Shown piece by piece: positions 17,588-25,354 of a stretch of 55,305 nt of DNA. Each line of letters begins with the position of its first letter. The stretch's first letter is position 1. Position numbers and translations under genes: made by a program. The DNA is from Candidatus Amesbacteria bacterium GW2011_GWC1_47_15 (lineage in GTDB: Bacteria; Patescibacteriota; Microgenomatia; CAZETR01; Amesbacteraceae). The stretch lies in the NCBI GenBank assembly GCA_001001375.1, contig LCNU01000003.1:1-55305 (forward strand). The letters are read 5' to 3'. The notes under the pieces were generated by a model. The model was given only the letters and a program-made list of their open reading frames with translations. It did not search any database and had not been told where the DNA came from.

Positions 17588-18621
17588 GGAGGAGAAAGCC
17601 ATAAACCGATCAAGGCCAGCATGATAGAAACTATCCAAGCCCTCATAACAACTTTAGGCTCCGGCCATCCACGGCTCTGAAGCCAATAATGCAGAGGGGT
17701 AACCGATAATATCCGGCGGGAAAAAAACCTGACGGATAAAAACTGAACCAAATTCGACAACCCATCAAGAAGGAAAACTCCCCCGATAAAAAAAAGCGCG
17801 AAAGTCTTACCCAAGATCAGGGCGGTGACTGCCAGCGTTGCACCGAAAGAAAGACTACCGGCATTTCCCAGCCAAATCCTGGCCGGATAAACATTAAAAT
17901 AGAGAAAAGCAATTAAGGCACCTATCCAAAGTGCAATAAAAACAGAGAGTGACGTATCCAAACTGGATAAAGAAAGAGCCCAAAAGGCAATAAGACATAC
18001 CAACAGGACACCGCCGGAAAGTCCGTCCAGTCCGTCTGTAATGTCAAATGATCGGGTAAAAGTGAATATTACTGTACCCGCCAACGGCACATACATCCAT
18101 CCCAGACGCAAGATTCCGAAATAGGGAATGTTTATTATAGACATTCGGAGATTGGTATAGAGCATCATTGAAGTTAAAAGCGACAAGACAACCAGAAGCG
18201 GTGTCTTGTACATGGCAATGAATCTCTTAAAGTCTTCCCTGGAGAGGCGGAATATTTTTTGAATATCTTCAAAAAGACCCAGCAAACCAAAAGCAATAAA
18301 AGTAAAAAACAATATATTCAGTTCTTCCTTTAACGGAAAGACCGAAGTGACATATACCCCAAACCTGATCAATATCGGAAACAGAATAGCGAAAAGAACA
18401 GATACCGTCATGATGATCAGAATGCCTCCTCCTATCGGGGTTCCAATTTTCCATTTCTGCTGGTTTATGATCTGGGAGAAATCTTTTGATTCCAATTCGC
18501 TGGATGGGGGTAACGGGGTCTGATATGTAAGCTGTAAGCGGTAAAGAATGTCGATAAAAGGGACGATCACCAGTGATGTGATAATGAATGAAAAAAGTAA
18601 TATGCCCAAATATAAGGACAT
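17584..18621 (-). CDS. mraY: Phospho-N-acetylmuramoyl-pentapeptide transferase MraY
   Basis: 345-aa, 10-TM protein with DITDGLDGL and NAGSLSFGA motifs of the polyprenyl-phosphate N-acetylhexosamine-1-P transferase family. It has dcw synteny. Confidence 0.9.
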   Translation of the reverse strand: MSLYLGILLFSFIITSLVIVPFIDILYRLQLTYQTPLPPSSELESKDFSQIINQQKWKIGTPIGGGILIIMTVSVLFAILFPILIRFGVYVTSVFPLKEELNILFFTFIAFGLLGLFEDIQKIFRLSREDFKRFIAMYKTPLLVVLSLLTSMMLYTNLRMSIINIPYFGILRLGWMYVPLAGTVIFTFTRSFDITDGLDGLSGGVLLVCLIAFWALSLSSLDTSLSVFIALWIGALIAFLYFNVYPARIWLGNAGSLSFGATLAVTALILGKTFALFFIGGVFLLDGLSNLVQFLSVRFFSRRILSVTPLHYWLQSRGWPEPKVVMRAWIVSIMLALIGLWLSPP

Positions 18622-18654
18622 AAATCTTAATGTCTAATAATTAACTATTAATAT

Positions 18655-19026
18655 TCAATTTATAAAAAGGAGAAGAAGTTTGGGAATAAAGATAAAACCC
18701 GCGACTACGACTGAACCGGCGGCGTAGACCAGCATCGCGGCGGCGGCAGTATCCTTGGCGTGCTTGGCTAACAAATGGTGCTGGTCTGTAAGCAGATCGA
18801 CTACGAATTCTATGGATGTATTGAGTAGCTCGAAACCCAGCCCGGCAGCAATGACAAAAGAAATAGCAGCCCATTCCAGCCTGGAAAGATCCAGAGACAA
18901 ACCTAAAACCACAGCCAGCAGTGAAAGAGTAATATGTACCCGGAAATTAGGCTGTGTGGCTAATGCGGTATATATACCCGAAACGGCATGAGTTACGGAA
19001 ATATGGTGTTTGCGAAAAGCAGTCAT
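18655..19026 (-). CDS. dgkA: DgkA-family lipid kinase (diacylglycerol/undecaprenol kinase)
   Basis: 123 aa, 3 TM helices. The ELLNTSIE and AKDTAAAAML motifs are characteristic of prokaryotic DAGK/undecaprenol kinase. Confidence 0.8.
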   Translation of the reverse strand: MTAFRKHHISVTHAVSGIYTALATQPNFRVHITLSLLAVVLGLSLDLSRLEWAAISFVIAAGLGFELLNTSIEFVVDLLTDQHHLLAKHAKDTAAAAMLVYAAGSVVVAGFIFIPKLLLLFIN

Positions 19027-19077
19027 TATTCCGGCAAATACCTAACAGGTTTATTATATAACTTTGACGGTAACGGA

Positions 19078-20763
19078 CTATAACCTGGGTGGGATTCTGT
19101 AATAACGGAATAGTTCCCGGGCAATGTCAAACCATAAAGGAGCGGCAGTAGTACTTCCCCAGGGGGAGGTCTGCGGGTCACGAAGCGTGACCAGCATAGT
19201 AAATTTGGGGGCATCGGCCGGGGCAAAACCTATAAAAGAGGATACAGTCTTATCCTTATCGTAATGGCCCTGAATAGGTACCTGGGCGGTGCCAGTCTTA
19301 CCTGCAATCAGAAATCCCTGCGGTTTGTAATAGCGTACCTCCCCTTTTTCAACTCCATTAATCATCATGGTGGTGACGGCTGCCGCCGCTTGAGGAGATA
19401 TTACCTGGCGGCGACGGACAGGCGGCTGGTTCTTAATTTCCCTACCCTGTGATATCCCCGTGACTACTTTGGGAGGAATAAGTTTACCCAGATTCGCCAG
19501 GGCATTTACCGCCGTCAGCATTTGAATTCTGGTGACCGCTATTCCCTGACCAAAAGCCGCGGTTGCGATATCGATATCTCTCCATTCATCTTCGGGGCGA
19601 AGAGTCGGTGAGTCTTCCTCCTGAAGGTCGATGCCAGTTTTCTCTCCGAAACCGAATTTACTGATAGACTGCAGCATTTTCTTCTTTCCCAACTGCCGGC
19701 TGACAAATACCATGCCTACGTTATCCGAGTGCAGGATGACTTCCGACATGGTGCTGCCGGGATAATATTTGTCATTCCAGCTGCGGACTGTCTGGTCGAA
19801 TATGGTTACCGGACCTGAACAGGTGCCACACACCGTATCCGGTTTGACAACCCCGGCGTCAAGGGCAGACGCCATGATTACTACTTTAAATGTCGATCCG
19901 GGTTCGAATCCTTCTGAAACAATCGGGTTGGTGTAGGTCTCTGAAGGATAATTTGAAAACTTGGCGGGATCATATCCCGGCAGACTAGCCATGGCTAATA
20001 TTTTTCCGGTTTCCGATTCCATGATTGAAACTGTACCCGAAGCGGCCTGATATTTTTCCAGCCCCTCCTGCAATTTGGTGTATGCAATATACAGGACGGT
20101 ACGGTCAATGGAAGTAATCAGGGACTGGCCGTTTTGCGGGGGGATCCTGTTTCTGTCCGCGATAAGAATGGGGTGGCCAAATGCGTCGATTTCCTGAACC
20201 AGTTTACCCGGTTTGCCGGAAAGCAGCCGGTCGTAATAGCCTTCCAACCCAAAGTATCCCTTGGGATAGCCTTGTTCGTCCTTTCCGACAAAGCCTGTCA
20301 GGTAACCGCTGGGGCTGCCTTCCGGATAAAGACGGGACGGATCCAATTCCAGACCTATTCCGGCAAGATTTAATTTCCTGATCTTTTCCGCTGCATCCGC
20401 CGGGACTGAGCGGGAGACAGCCTTCCAGGCGTATTCTCCCGAAATTGCTTCTTCCAAATTCCTGCGGGCACTATCACTAGCAGGGAGAATATCAGCCAGG
20501 TCTGAGACGACAGATTTGTCGGCTGAAAATTCCCTGGGGTTTATAAATAACAGGTAATTTTCCAGATTTGTAACCAATGGGAATCCGTCTGAAGCCCTGA
20601 TTTCCCCCCGGGCAGCCGGTATGACAGTAGATCGGGAATATTGATCGGCAGCCTGACGCTTTATTACGGATGACCTGAAAACCTGAAGATAAAACAGGCG
20701 TGACAAAAGAACTACAGTCCAAAATAAAAAAACCACTTTCAGGAGACTGATTCTGCCTTTCAT
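19078..20763 (-). CDS. ftsI: Class B penicillin-binding protein (FtsI/PBP2-type transpeptidase)
   Basis: N-terminal TM helix and dimerisation domain. Active-site triad motifs STFK (GSTFKVV), SDN (HSDNVG) and KTGT (AGKTGTA). Confidence 0.92.
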   Translation of the reverse strand: MKGRISLLKVVFLFWTVVLLSRLFYLQVFRSSVIKRQAADQYSRSTVIPAARGEIRASDGFPLVTNLENYLLFINPREFSADKSVVSDLADILPASDSARRNLEEAISGEYAWKAVSRSVPADAAEKIRKLNLAGIGLELDPSRLYPEGSPSGYLTGFVGKDEQGYPKGYFGLEGYYDRLLSGKPGKLVQEIDAFGHPILIADRNRIPPQNGQSLITSIDRTVLYIAYTKLQEGLEKYQAASGTVSIMESETGKILAMASLPGYDPAKFSNYPSETYTNPIVSEGFEPGSTFKVVIMASALDAGVVKPDTVCGTCSGPVTIFDQTVRSWNDKYYPGSTMSEVILHSDNVGMVFVSRQLGKKKMLQSISKFGFGEKTGIDLQEEDSPTLRPEDEWRDIDIATAAFGQGIAVTRIQMLTAVNALANLGKLIPPKVVTGISQGREIKNQPPVRRRQVISPQAAAAVTTMMINGVEKGEVRYYKPQGFLIAGKTGTAQVPIQGHYDKDKTVSSFIGFAPADAPKFTMLVTLRDPQTSPWGSTTAAPLWFDIARELFRYYRIPPRL

Positions 20764-21059
20764 GGCTGACCTGTATTTGCGGTCGAGTGAGCCTGTGCTA
20801 CCGGTAATGGCGTGAGGTAGGATGTCTTTGCCGGAACAAAGTTTAAGGCTGCAGCTGATTGGAGTACACTTTGAGTCGAAGACAGAGTGTATATATCCGA
20901 TTTAAGACGGTAATTTTCCATACCGACGGCAGACAGCTCCTGTTCCATAACTGACAGGGTATCCCCATCCGTCGCGCGACGACTTGACAGCCAGAACTGA
21001 GCGGAAAGCAAACTAATATTAAGGATCACCGCCAGGGTGACATATTTTCGGGTATTCAT
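20760..21059 (-). CDS. ftsL: FtsL-like small bitopic division protein
   Basis: 99 aa with one TM helix (VTLAVILNISLLSAQFWL) followed by a short coiled-coil-like segment. It sits between rsmH and ftsI, with ATGA overlaps on both sides. Confidence 0.6.
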   Translation of the reverse strand: MNTRKYVTLAVILNISLLSAQFWLSSRRATDGDTLSVMEQELSAVGMENYRLKSDIYTLSSTQSVLQSAAALNFVPAKTSYLTPLPVAQAHSTANTGQP

Positions 21060-21907
21060 ATTTTTAAAATTGATCTCAACTTGGCACTTTTTGAATAAGG
21101 ATTGGCAAGGGTTTCGGCTTCCTGCGCAGCCACCGGCCGGGGAGTCAAAACGGTCCCCAAACCTGATGTTTCCCAGTCTTTAAATTGCTGTTTCACAATC
21201 CGGTCTTCCAGGGAATGGAAGCTGATAACTACCAGTCTTCCTTCCGGCTCTAAAATTTCCCAAGCCTGCGGCAGGGAGGATGACAGTGCCGATAACTCAT
21301 CGTTTACAGCAATACGCAGTGCCTGAAAGGCCTTTCGTTTCAGTTGCGGTGAAGGGCCGATTATTCTTGCCAATTTCCCGGTGGTTTCCACGGGGCGGGA
21401 TGCGACAATTTTTTCAGCCAATCCCCGGCTGTTGTTTACCTGACCGAATTCGCGAAAAAGCAGCGCCAGAGCTTTTGCGGGCAGAAAATTTACCAAATCG
21501 GCGGCAGAATTGGGCACATCCGGATCCATACGCATATCCAGCGGGCCCTGGAGCTGAAAAGAAAATCCCCGTTGGGGTACGGCAAACTGATGCTGAGAAA
21601 CCCCCAAGTCAAAAATAACCCCGGAGGCAGGAACCCAGATGTGTTCCCGGGCAATATCTGACAGATGAGTAAAACTTGCTTTGACCAGAACCAAGCGACC
21701 GGTACGTACGTATTCTCCGTACGTGCCAAGGCAGGCTGCGATCGCTTCCGGATCCTGATCAATACCTAGCACCAGACCGCCGTTTTTCAGAATTTCGCCG
21801 GTATGGCCCCCGCCGCCGACAGTGGCGTCTATAAAACGCATGCCGGGACGGATATTCAAAAAGTGACAAGCTGTATGTAAAAGTGCGGACTTGTGATAAA
21901 TGCCCAT
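21056..21907 (-). CDS. rsmH: 16S rRNA (cytosine1402-N4)-methyltransferase RsmH (MraW)
   Basis: HKSALL..., DATVGGGGHT, GIDQDPEA, FDLGVSQHQ, SFHSLEDRIVK - the full RsmH motif set. Confidence 0.93.
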   Translation of the reverse strand: MGIYHKSALLHTACHFLNIRPGMRFIDATVGGGGHTGEILKNGGLVLGIDQDPEAIAACLGTYGEYVRTGRLVLVKASFTHLSDIAREHIWVPASGVIFDLGVSQHQFAVPQRGFSFQLQGPLDMRMDPDVPNSAADLVNFLPAKALALLFREFGQVNNSRGLAEKIVASRPVETTGKLARIIGPSPQLKRKAFQALRIAVNDELSALSSSLPQAWEILEPEGRLVVISFHSLEDRIVKQQFKDWETSGLGTVLTPRPVAAQEAETLANPYSKSAKLRSILKI

Positions 21908-21913
21908 GCTTTG

Positions 21914-22345
21914 TTAAATTCCGGACTCAGAAAGCTTTTCAGCGATCTCTTCCGCCCTGGAATTTATTTGGGCAGTGTATTTTTCGAATTTTGATTTATC
22001 CCAAAGTTCAATCCTTTCCACTGCTCCGGCAAAAACGCAGTCGGAATGAATTCCGGCGAATTTCCTCAGATACTCCGGGAGGAGAATCCGGCCCTGGCCG
22101 TCGATTTCCACTTCGGCCGCACCGTAACTGAGAGACCGGGTGAAACCCCGGGCGTCCGTGCTTGTCAAAGGAAGACGGGATAATTTTTGAATGAGCAGTT
22201 CCCATGAAGCTTTGGGGTAGAGAAAAAGACAGCCGTCTAACCCCTGGCTGATTACCGCCCCATCGGACAGCTGGGAACGAAATTTTTTAGGTATTGATAA
22301 TCGACCTTTTTCTTCAAGATGGTGCTCATACTGGCCGATAAACAT
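21914..22345 (-). CDS. mraZ: Transcriptional regulator MraZ
   Basis: The canonical N-terminus MFIGQYEHHLEEKGRLSIPKKFR begins at ATG 22345. The second SpoVT/AbrB half is GQGRILLPEYLRKFAGI. The track ORF extension to 22399 would overlap the promoter and operator. Confidence 0.9.
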   Translation of the reverse strand: MFIGQYEHHLEEKGRLSIPKKFRSQLSDGAVISQGLDGCLFLYPKASWELLIQKLSRLPLTSTDARGFTRSLSYGAAEVEIDGQGRILLPEYLRKFAGIHSDCVFAGAVERIELWDKSKFEKYTAQINSRAEEIAEKLSESGI

Positions 22346-22350
22346 AATTA

Positions 22351-22385
22351 AGTGGTTTACCACTTTATACCACTTTGTACCACTA
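22351..22385 (-). promoter_or_regulatory. Putative MraZ operator: three direct AAGTGGTA-type repeats in exact 10-bp phase plus one inverted half-site
   Basis: The minus strand reads CATAGTGGTACAAAGTGGTATAAAGTGGTAAACCACTTAATT-ATG. On the plus strand, ACCACT occurs at 22359, 22369 and 22379. AGTGGT at 22351-22356 forms the palindrome AGTGGTTTACCACT. Confidence 0.6.
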
Positions 22386-22410
22386 TGCTCCATTTTCACG
22401 GAGGTGTCAA
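22382..22410 (-). promoter_or_regulatory. dcw/mraZ promoter (TTGACA-17 nt-CATAGT)
   Basis: A perfect -35 TTGACA (reverse complement of 22405-22410), a 17-nt spacer, and the -10 CATAGT (22382-22387). The -10 overlaps the distal MraZ-box repeat. Confidence 0.55.
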
Positions 22411-22434
22411 GACCAACAAGACCCGAAAAATCAG

Positions 22435-22463
22435 TTGCATATACTCTTGAATAGGCTTATAAT
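22435..22463 (+). promoter_or_regulatory. Sigma70-like promoter TTGCAT-17 nt-TATAAT, 7 nt upstream of ATG 22471 (leaderless-type)
   Basis: TTGCAT at 22435-22440, spacer at 22441-22457 (17 nt), TATAAT at 22458-22463, then ATTCAAG and ATG. Confidence 0.6.
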
Positions 22464-22470
22464 ATTCAAG

Positions 22471-22887
22471 ATGAATAACCGAGAGCGGGAAAAACTTTTC
22501 AGATCCTGGGTATTGGTTGGGATTTTGGCAATTGCTTTAGTTGCCTGTGCTCAAGCAAAACCGGCAGAGTCGTTACGAATCGAAGTTACTAAATGGCAGG
22601 AATGCTCCGTAATATTGGGAACAACAGACTTTTTAGATAAAACGCATGAAGCAAAAGAACGTTCTTACAGTGATGAACCATTATGCCCTAAGCCGGGTAA
22701 TAATGAGGTGGTATTTGGAGACCCAAGTATGACATACGGTTATGACTATAAAATCCTGGAAGGGCAGTATAAAGGTTTTAAAGATGATTGTTATGTTCAG
22801 GGAGCGAATAAAGAATTATGGTACCTGATTCAGAATGGAAAAACAACGACAGACGGCCGCCATCCTTGTTTTATTTATTATCACTAG
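22471..22887 (+). CDS. Small Cys-rich putative lipoprotein (hypothetical)
   Basis: ATG 22471 gives MNNREREKLFRSWVLVGILAIALVAC, a signal peptide with a lipobox-like LVAC. Four further Cys residues are present. The upstream part of the track ORF (from 22375) overlaps the promoter region. Confidence 0.55.
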   Translation: MNNREREKLFRSWVLVGILAIALVACAQAKPAESLRIEVTKWQECSVILGTTDFLDKTHEAKERSYSDEPLCPKPGNNEVVFGDPSMTYGYDYKILEGQYKGFKDDCYVQGANKELWYLIQNGKTTTDGRHPCFIYYH

Positions 22888-22900
22888 TAATTAGAAGGGG

Positions 22901-23401
22901 TTATTGAGGTGTGAGATCTACGGAGCCGCCGGGGACTACTTCGAAGGGATAGGTCGCGGAGAAGACAGAGCGGTTTTGGGCGTCGCGAAGGGTCAGCTCC
23001 ATAATCGCGTCCGTAATCCCCTCGTGATATGTGAATTTACCGCTGCTTTCGCTTCCCAGCAGTTGTTCCTGGGAATACTCCGTCTTGCCTTCCATTTTGG
23101 CGGAGGCATTAACCCCGGACTGGATCCGGTTGCCTTTGACGGTGGCGGAATAAATCAGGTTATACTCCACCTGATCGGCCTGAATATTGGTGATATTTAC
23201 GGTCACGTAGTGAGCCGCTTTATCAAACTCCAAAGCCGCTTTGGGCTGTTTTTCCGCCGGAAGCTGCTCGGCAGTACCGTAGTCAGGTGTGGGAGTGGGC
23301 TGACCGGAGCCCGGAGACGACCTACTGCGCATTATGAAAAAACCGCTACCCAACAGCAAGAGCACCAGGACGGCAATGGCGGCAATTAAGGCAGGTTTCA
23401 T
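22901..23401 (-). CDS. Hypothetical membrane-anchored extracytoplasmic protein
   Basis: N-terminal TM helix (ALIAAIAVLVLLLLGSGFFI), a Pro/Thr/Gly linker and a beta-rich C-terminal domain. It follows glyQS after a 6-nt gap. The 161-aa plus-strand ORF here is a shadow. Confidence 0.55.
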   Translation of the reverse strand: MKPALIAAIAVLVLLLLGSGFFIMRSRSSPGSGQPTPTPDYGTAEQLPAEKQPKAALEFDKAAHYVTVNITNIQADQVEYNLIYSATVKGNRIQSGVNASAKMEGKTEYSQEQLLGSESSGKFTYHEGITDAIMELTLRDAQNRSVFSATYPFEVVPGGSVDLTPQ

Positions 23402-23407
23402 GCCAGT

Positions 23408-24697
23408 TTATGTTAACTTTTGGGTGAAGTAAGTGTCAAGTTGACTGACATTGATCCGTTCCTGGGAAGCAGTATCCCTGTCCCGGACTGTAACAGTACC
23501 GTCCTCCAGAGTCTGATAGTCCACGGTAATACACCAGGGAGTGCCGATTTCGTCCTGGGAGTAGTAGCGTTTGCCGATGTTACCGCGGTCGTCAAAGACA
23601 GCACTAAGTCTAAGTTTTAGTCTTAGCTCAGAATAAATTTCTTTGGCCTTGGTGACGAGGTCCGGTTTGTTGGCTACCAGGGGAAAAACAGCGACCTTGT
23701 AAGGGGCAAGTTTGGGATGGAGCTTTAAAATCACCCTGCCCCCTTCCTCGGCATATGCATCCAGCAAAAACGCCAGCGCTGCCCTGCCGACACCGACGGA
23801 AGGCTCTATAACATAAGGGAAATATTTATCCCCGGTATCTGGTTCGGTGTAGCTTAAATCTCTTCCGGAATACTTGGAGTGCTGTTTTAAGTCGTAGTCT
23901 CCCCTATTGGCAACGCCTTCCAACTCCCCCCAATCTATAAACGGCCAATGGTACCAGATCTCAGCGGTCCCCCGGGAATAGTGGGCGATATCTTCCTTTG
24001 GCAATTCGACCAGCTTGATGTTTTCCGGCTTTATCCCCAAATCCGTGAACCATTGGAGACGCTCCTTTTGCCAGAATTCATGCCATTTTTTATCCTCACC
24101 GGGTTTGACGAAAAATTCCAGTTCCAGCATTTCGAATTCACGCACCCGGAAGAGAAAATTGCCTGTGGTGATCTCGTTTCTAAAACCCTTCCCTATTTGG
24201 GCAATACCAAAGGGCACACGAACGCGGGTGGATGAGAGAACATTACCGAAATTGATGAAGATACCCTGGGCTGTTTCCGGCCGCAGGTAGACCCGGTCCC
24301 CTTTGTCCTCAACGGGACCGACATCTGTTTTGAACATGGTATTGAAAGTCCGGGGAGGGAGGAACTTGTGGGTATGATCGGAATCTTTTTCGGGAGCCAT
24401 GTCGCTTCGGAAACGCCGGTGGCAGATTTCGCATTCCACCAGTTCATCCACAAAGGATTCCACATGCCCGGAGGCCTCCCAGACCCGGGAATTGTAAAGA
24501 ACAGAGGAATCAAGGAAGACTATATCCCCACGGGCGGAAAGGTGACTGACCCACTCTGATTTGATATTTTCCTTCAGAAGCACTCCTGCCGGGCCGAAGT
24601 CCCAAGTACCATTCAGGCCGCCGTAGATCTCTGAGCCGGGAAAGACATAACCCCTCCGTTTGGCCAGGCTGACAACTTTTTCCATTAAATCCGCCAC
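23408..24697 (-). CDS. glyQS: Glycyl-tRNA synthetase, alpha2-dimer type
   Basis: LAKRRGYVFPGSEIYGGLNGTWDFGPAGV, class II motifs (YLRPETAQGIF, FRNEITTGNFLFRVREFEMLELEFF), and an anticodon-binding C-terminus. It has a GTG start; ATG at codon 5 is an alternative. Confidence 0.93.
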   Translation of the reverse strand: MADLMEKVVSLAKRRGYVFPGSEIYGGLNGTWDFGPAGVLLKENIKSEWVSHLSARGDIVFLDSSVLYNSRVWEASGHVESFVDELVECEICHRRFRSDMAPEKDSDHTHKFLPPRTFNTMFKTDVGPVEDKGDRVYLRPETAQGIFINFGNVLSSTRVRVPFGIAQIGKGFRNEITTGNFLFRVREFEMLELEFFVKPGEDKKWHEFWQKERLQWFTDLGIKPENIKLVELPKEDIAHYSRGTAEIWYHWPFIDWGELEGVANRGDYDLKQHSKYSGRDLSYTEPDTGDKYFPYVIEPSVGVGRAALAFLLDAYAEEGGRVILKLHPKLAPYKVAVFPLVANKPDLVTKAKEIYSELRLKLRLSAVFDDRGNIGKRYYSQDEIGTPWCITVDYQTLEDGTVTVRDRDTASQERINVSQLDTYFTQKLT

Positions 24698-24796
24698 TGA
24701 AGCAATTATACAACCCGGTTATTTCAGTCGGGAAGGGAGTTTAACCGACTTTCAATCATTTTTTTAGTAGTCAATTGTCACGGTCGTGAAATTTGA

Positions 24797-25354
24797 CTAC
24801 TGGCGGGGACTTAATTTTTTTAATAATTTTACGGAGTTTATGGGGCGTTCGGATAACTGTTCGATATAGTCTTTGATATTCATTTCCGGCTTAATCCCGG
24901 GGTCCAGGAATCCCAATTCGATGACGATCCGGGTCAGCCAGCTGTCCACAGTTTCCTGCCAGTCATCCGAAAGTGAAGATATCTGACTTAAGAAACTTTC
25001 CAGCAATTCAAAAATTCCGGGATGCGGCTGTCTGTCCGGGGTGAGCTTGTCTATCGTCTCGCATAGCTGATAAGCAATGACTATCCGGCCTAAAAATTTG
25101 CGCCAGGATGAATAGGCATCCAATACTTCCACCTCCGTCAATATATCCAGATCGGAATGGCCCCGAGCTACACCAGCCTTAACCCGATTGAACAATTCCA
25201 GAGAACCGGCACGCCGGGAATTGGATTGCCTGACACCTTTAGCCTTGAGGGAAATTTTCCCTTTGGACCTGGAAAACAAAGTAATTATCCTGTCAGCCTC
25301 GCCCTGATCCCGGCGTTTAATAATAATTCCTTCAACCTTATAACCGCGCATCAA
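24797..25354 (-). CDS. recO: DNA repair protein RecO (short form)
   Basis: OB-fold N-terminus VEGIIIKRRDQGEADRIITLFSRSKGKISLKAKGVR. At 185 aa it is shorter than a typical RecO. Whether a Zn-finger region is absent was not checked in detail. Confidence 0.75.
   Translation of the reverse strand: MMRGYKVEGIIIKRRDQGEADRIITLFSRSKGKISLKAKGVRQSNSRRAGSLELFNRVKAGVARGHSDLDILTEVEVLDAYSSWRKFLGRIVIAYQLCETIDKLTPDRQPHPGIFELLESFLSQISSLSDDWQETVDSWLTRIVIELGFLDPGIKPEMNIKDYIEQLSERPINSVKLLKKLSPRQ

Noticed and set aside
22346-22399. N-terminal extensions proposed by the ORF track: mraZ to 22399, lepB from 5117, the lipoprotein from 22375, HAD to 35383, GT4 to 39978, GT-C to 42648, GT4 to 44365 and GT2 from 44114
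   Set aside because: The extensions overlap a tRNA, a promoter/operator or the upstream gene, and they lack family-typical sequence. Internal ATG/GTG codons give canonical N-termini and ATGA-type coupling.
22904-23389. 161-aa plus-strand ORF mirroring the 166-aa minus-strand ORF
   Set aside because: The minus-strand product has a clean TM anchor, a linker and a domain, and it is coupled to glyQS. The plus-strand translation is Gly/Arg-rich with no start context. It is kept as a shadow ORF.
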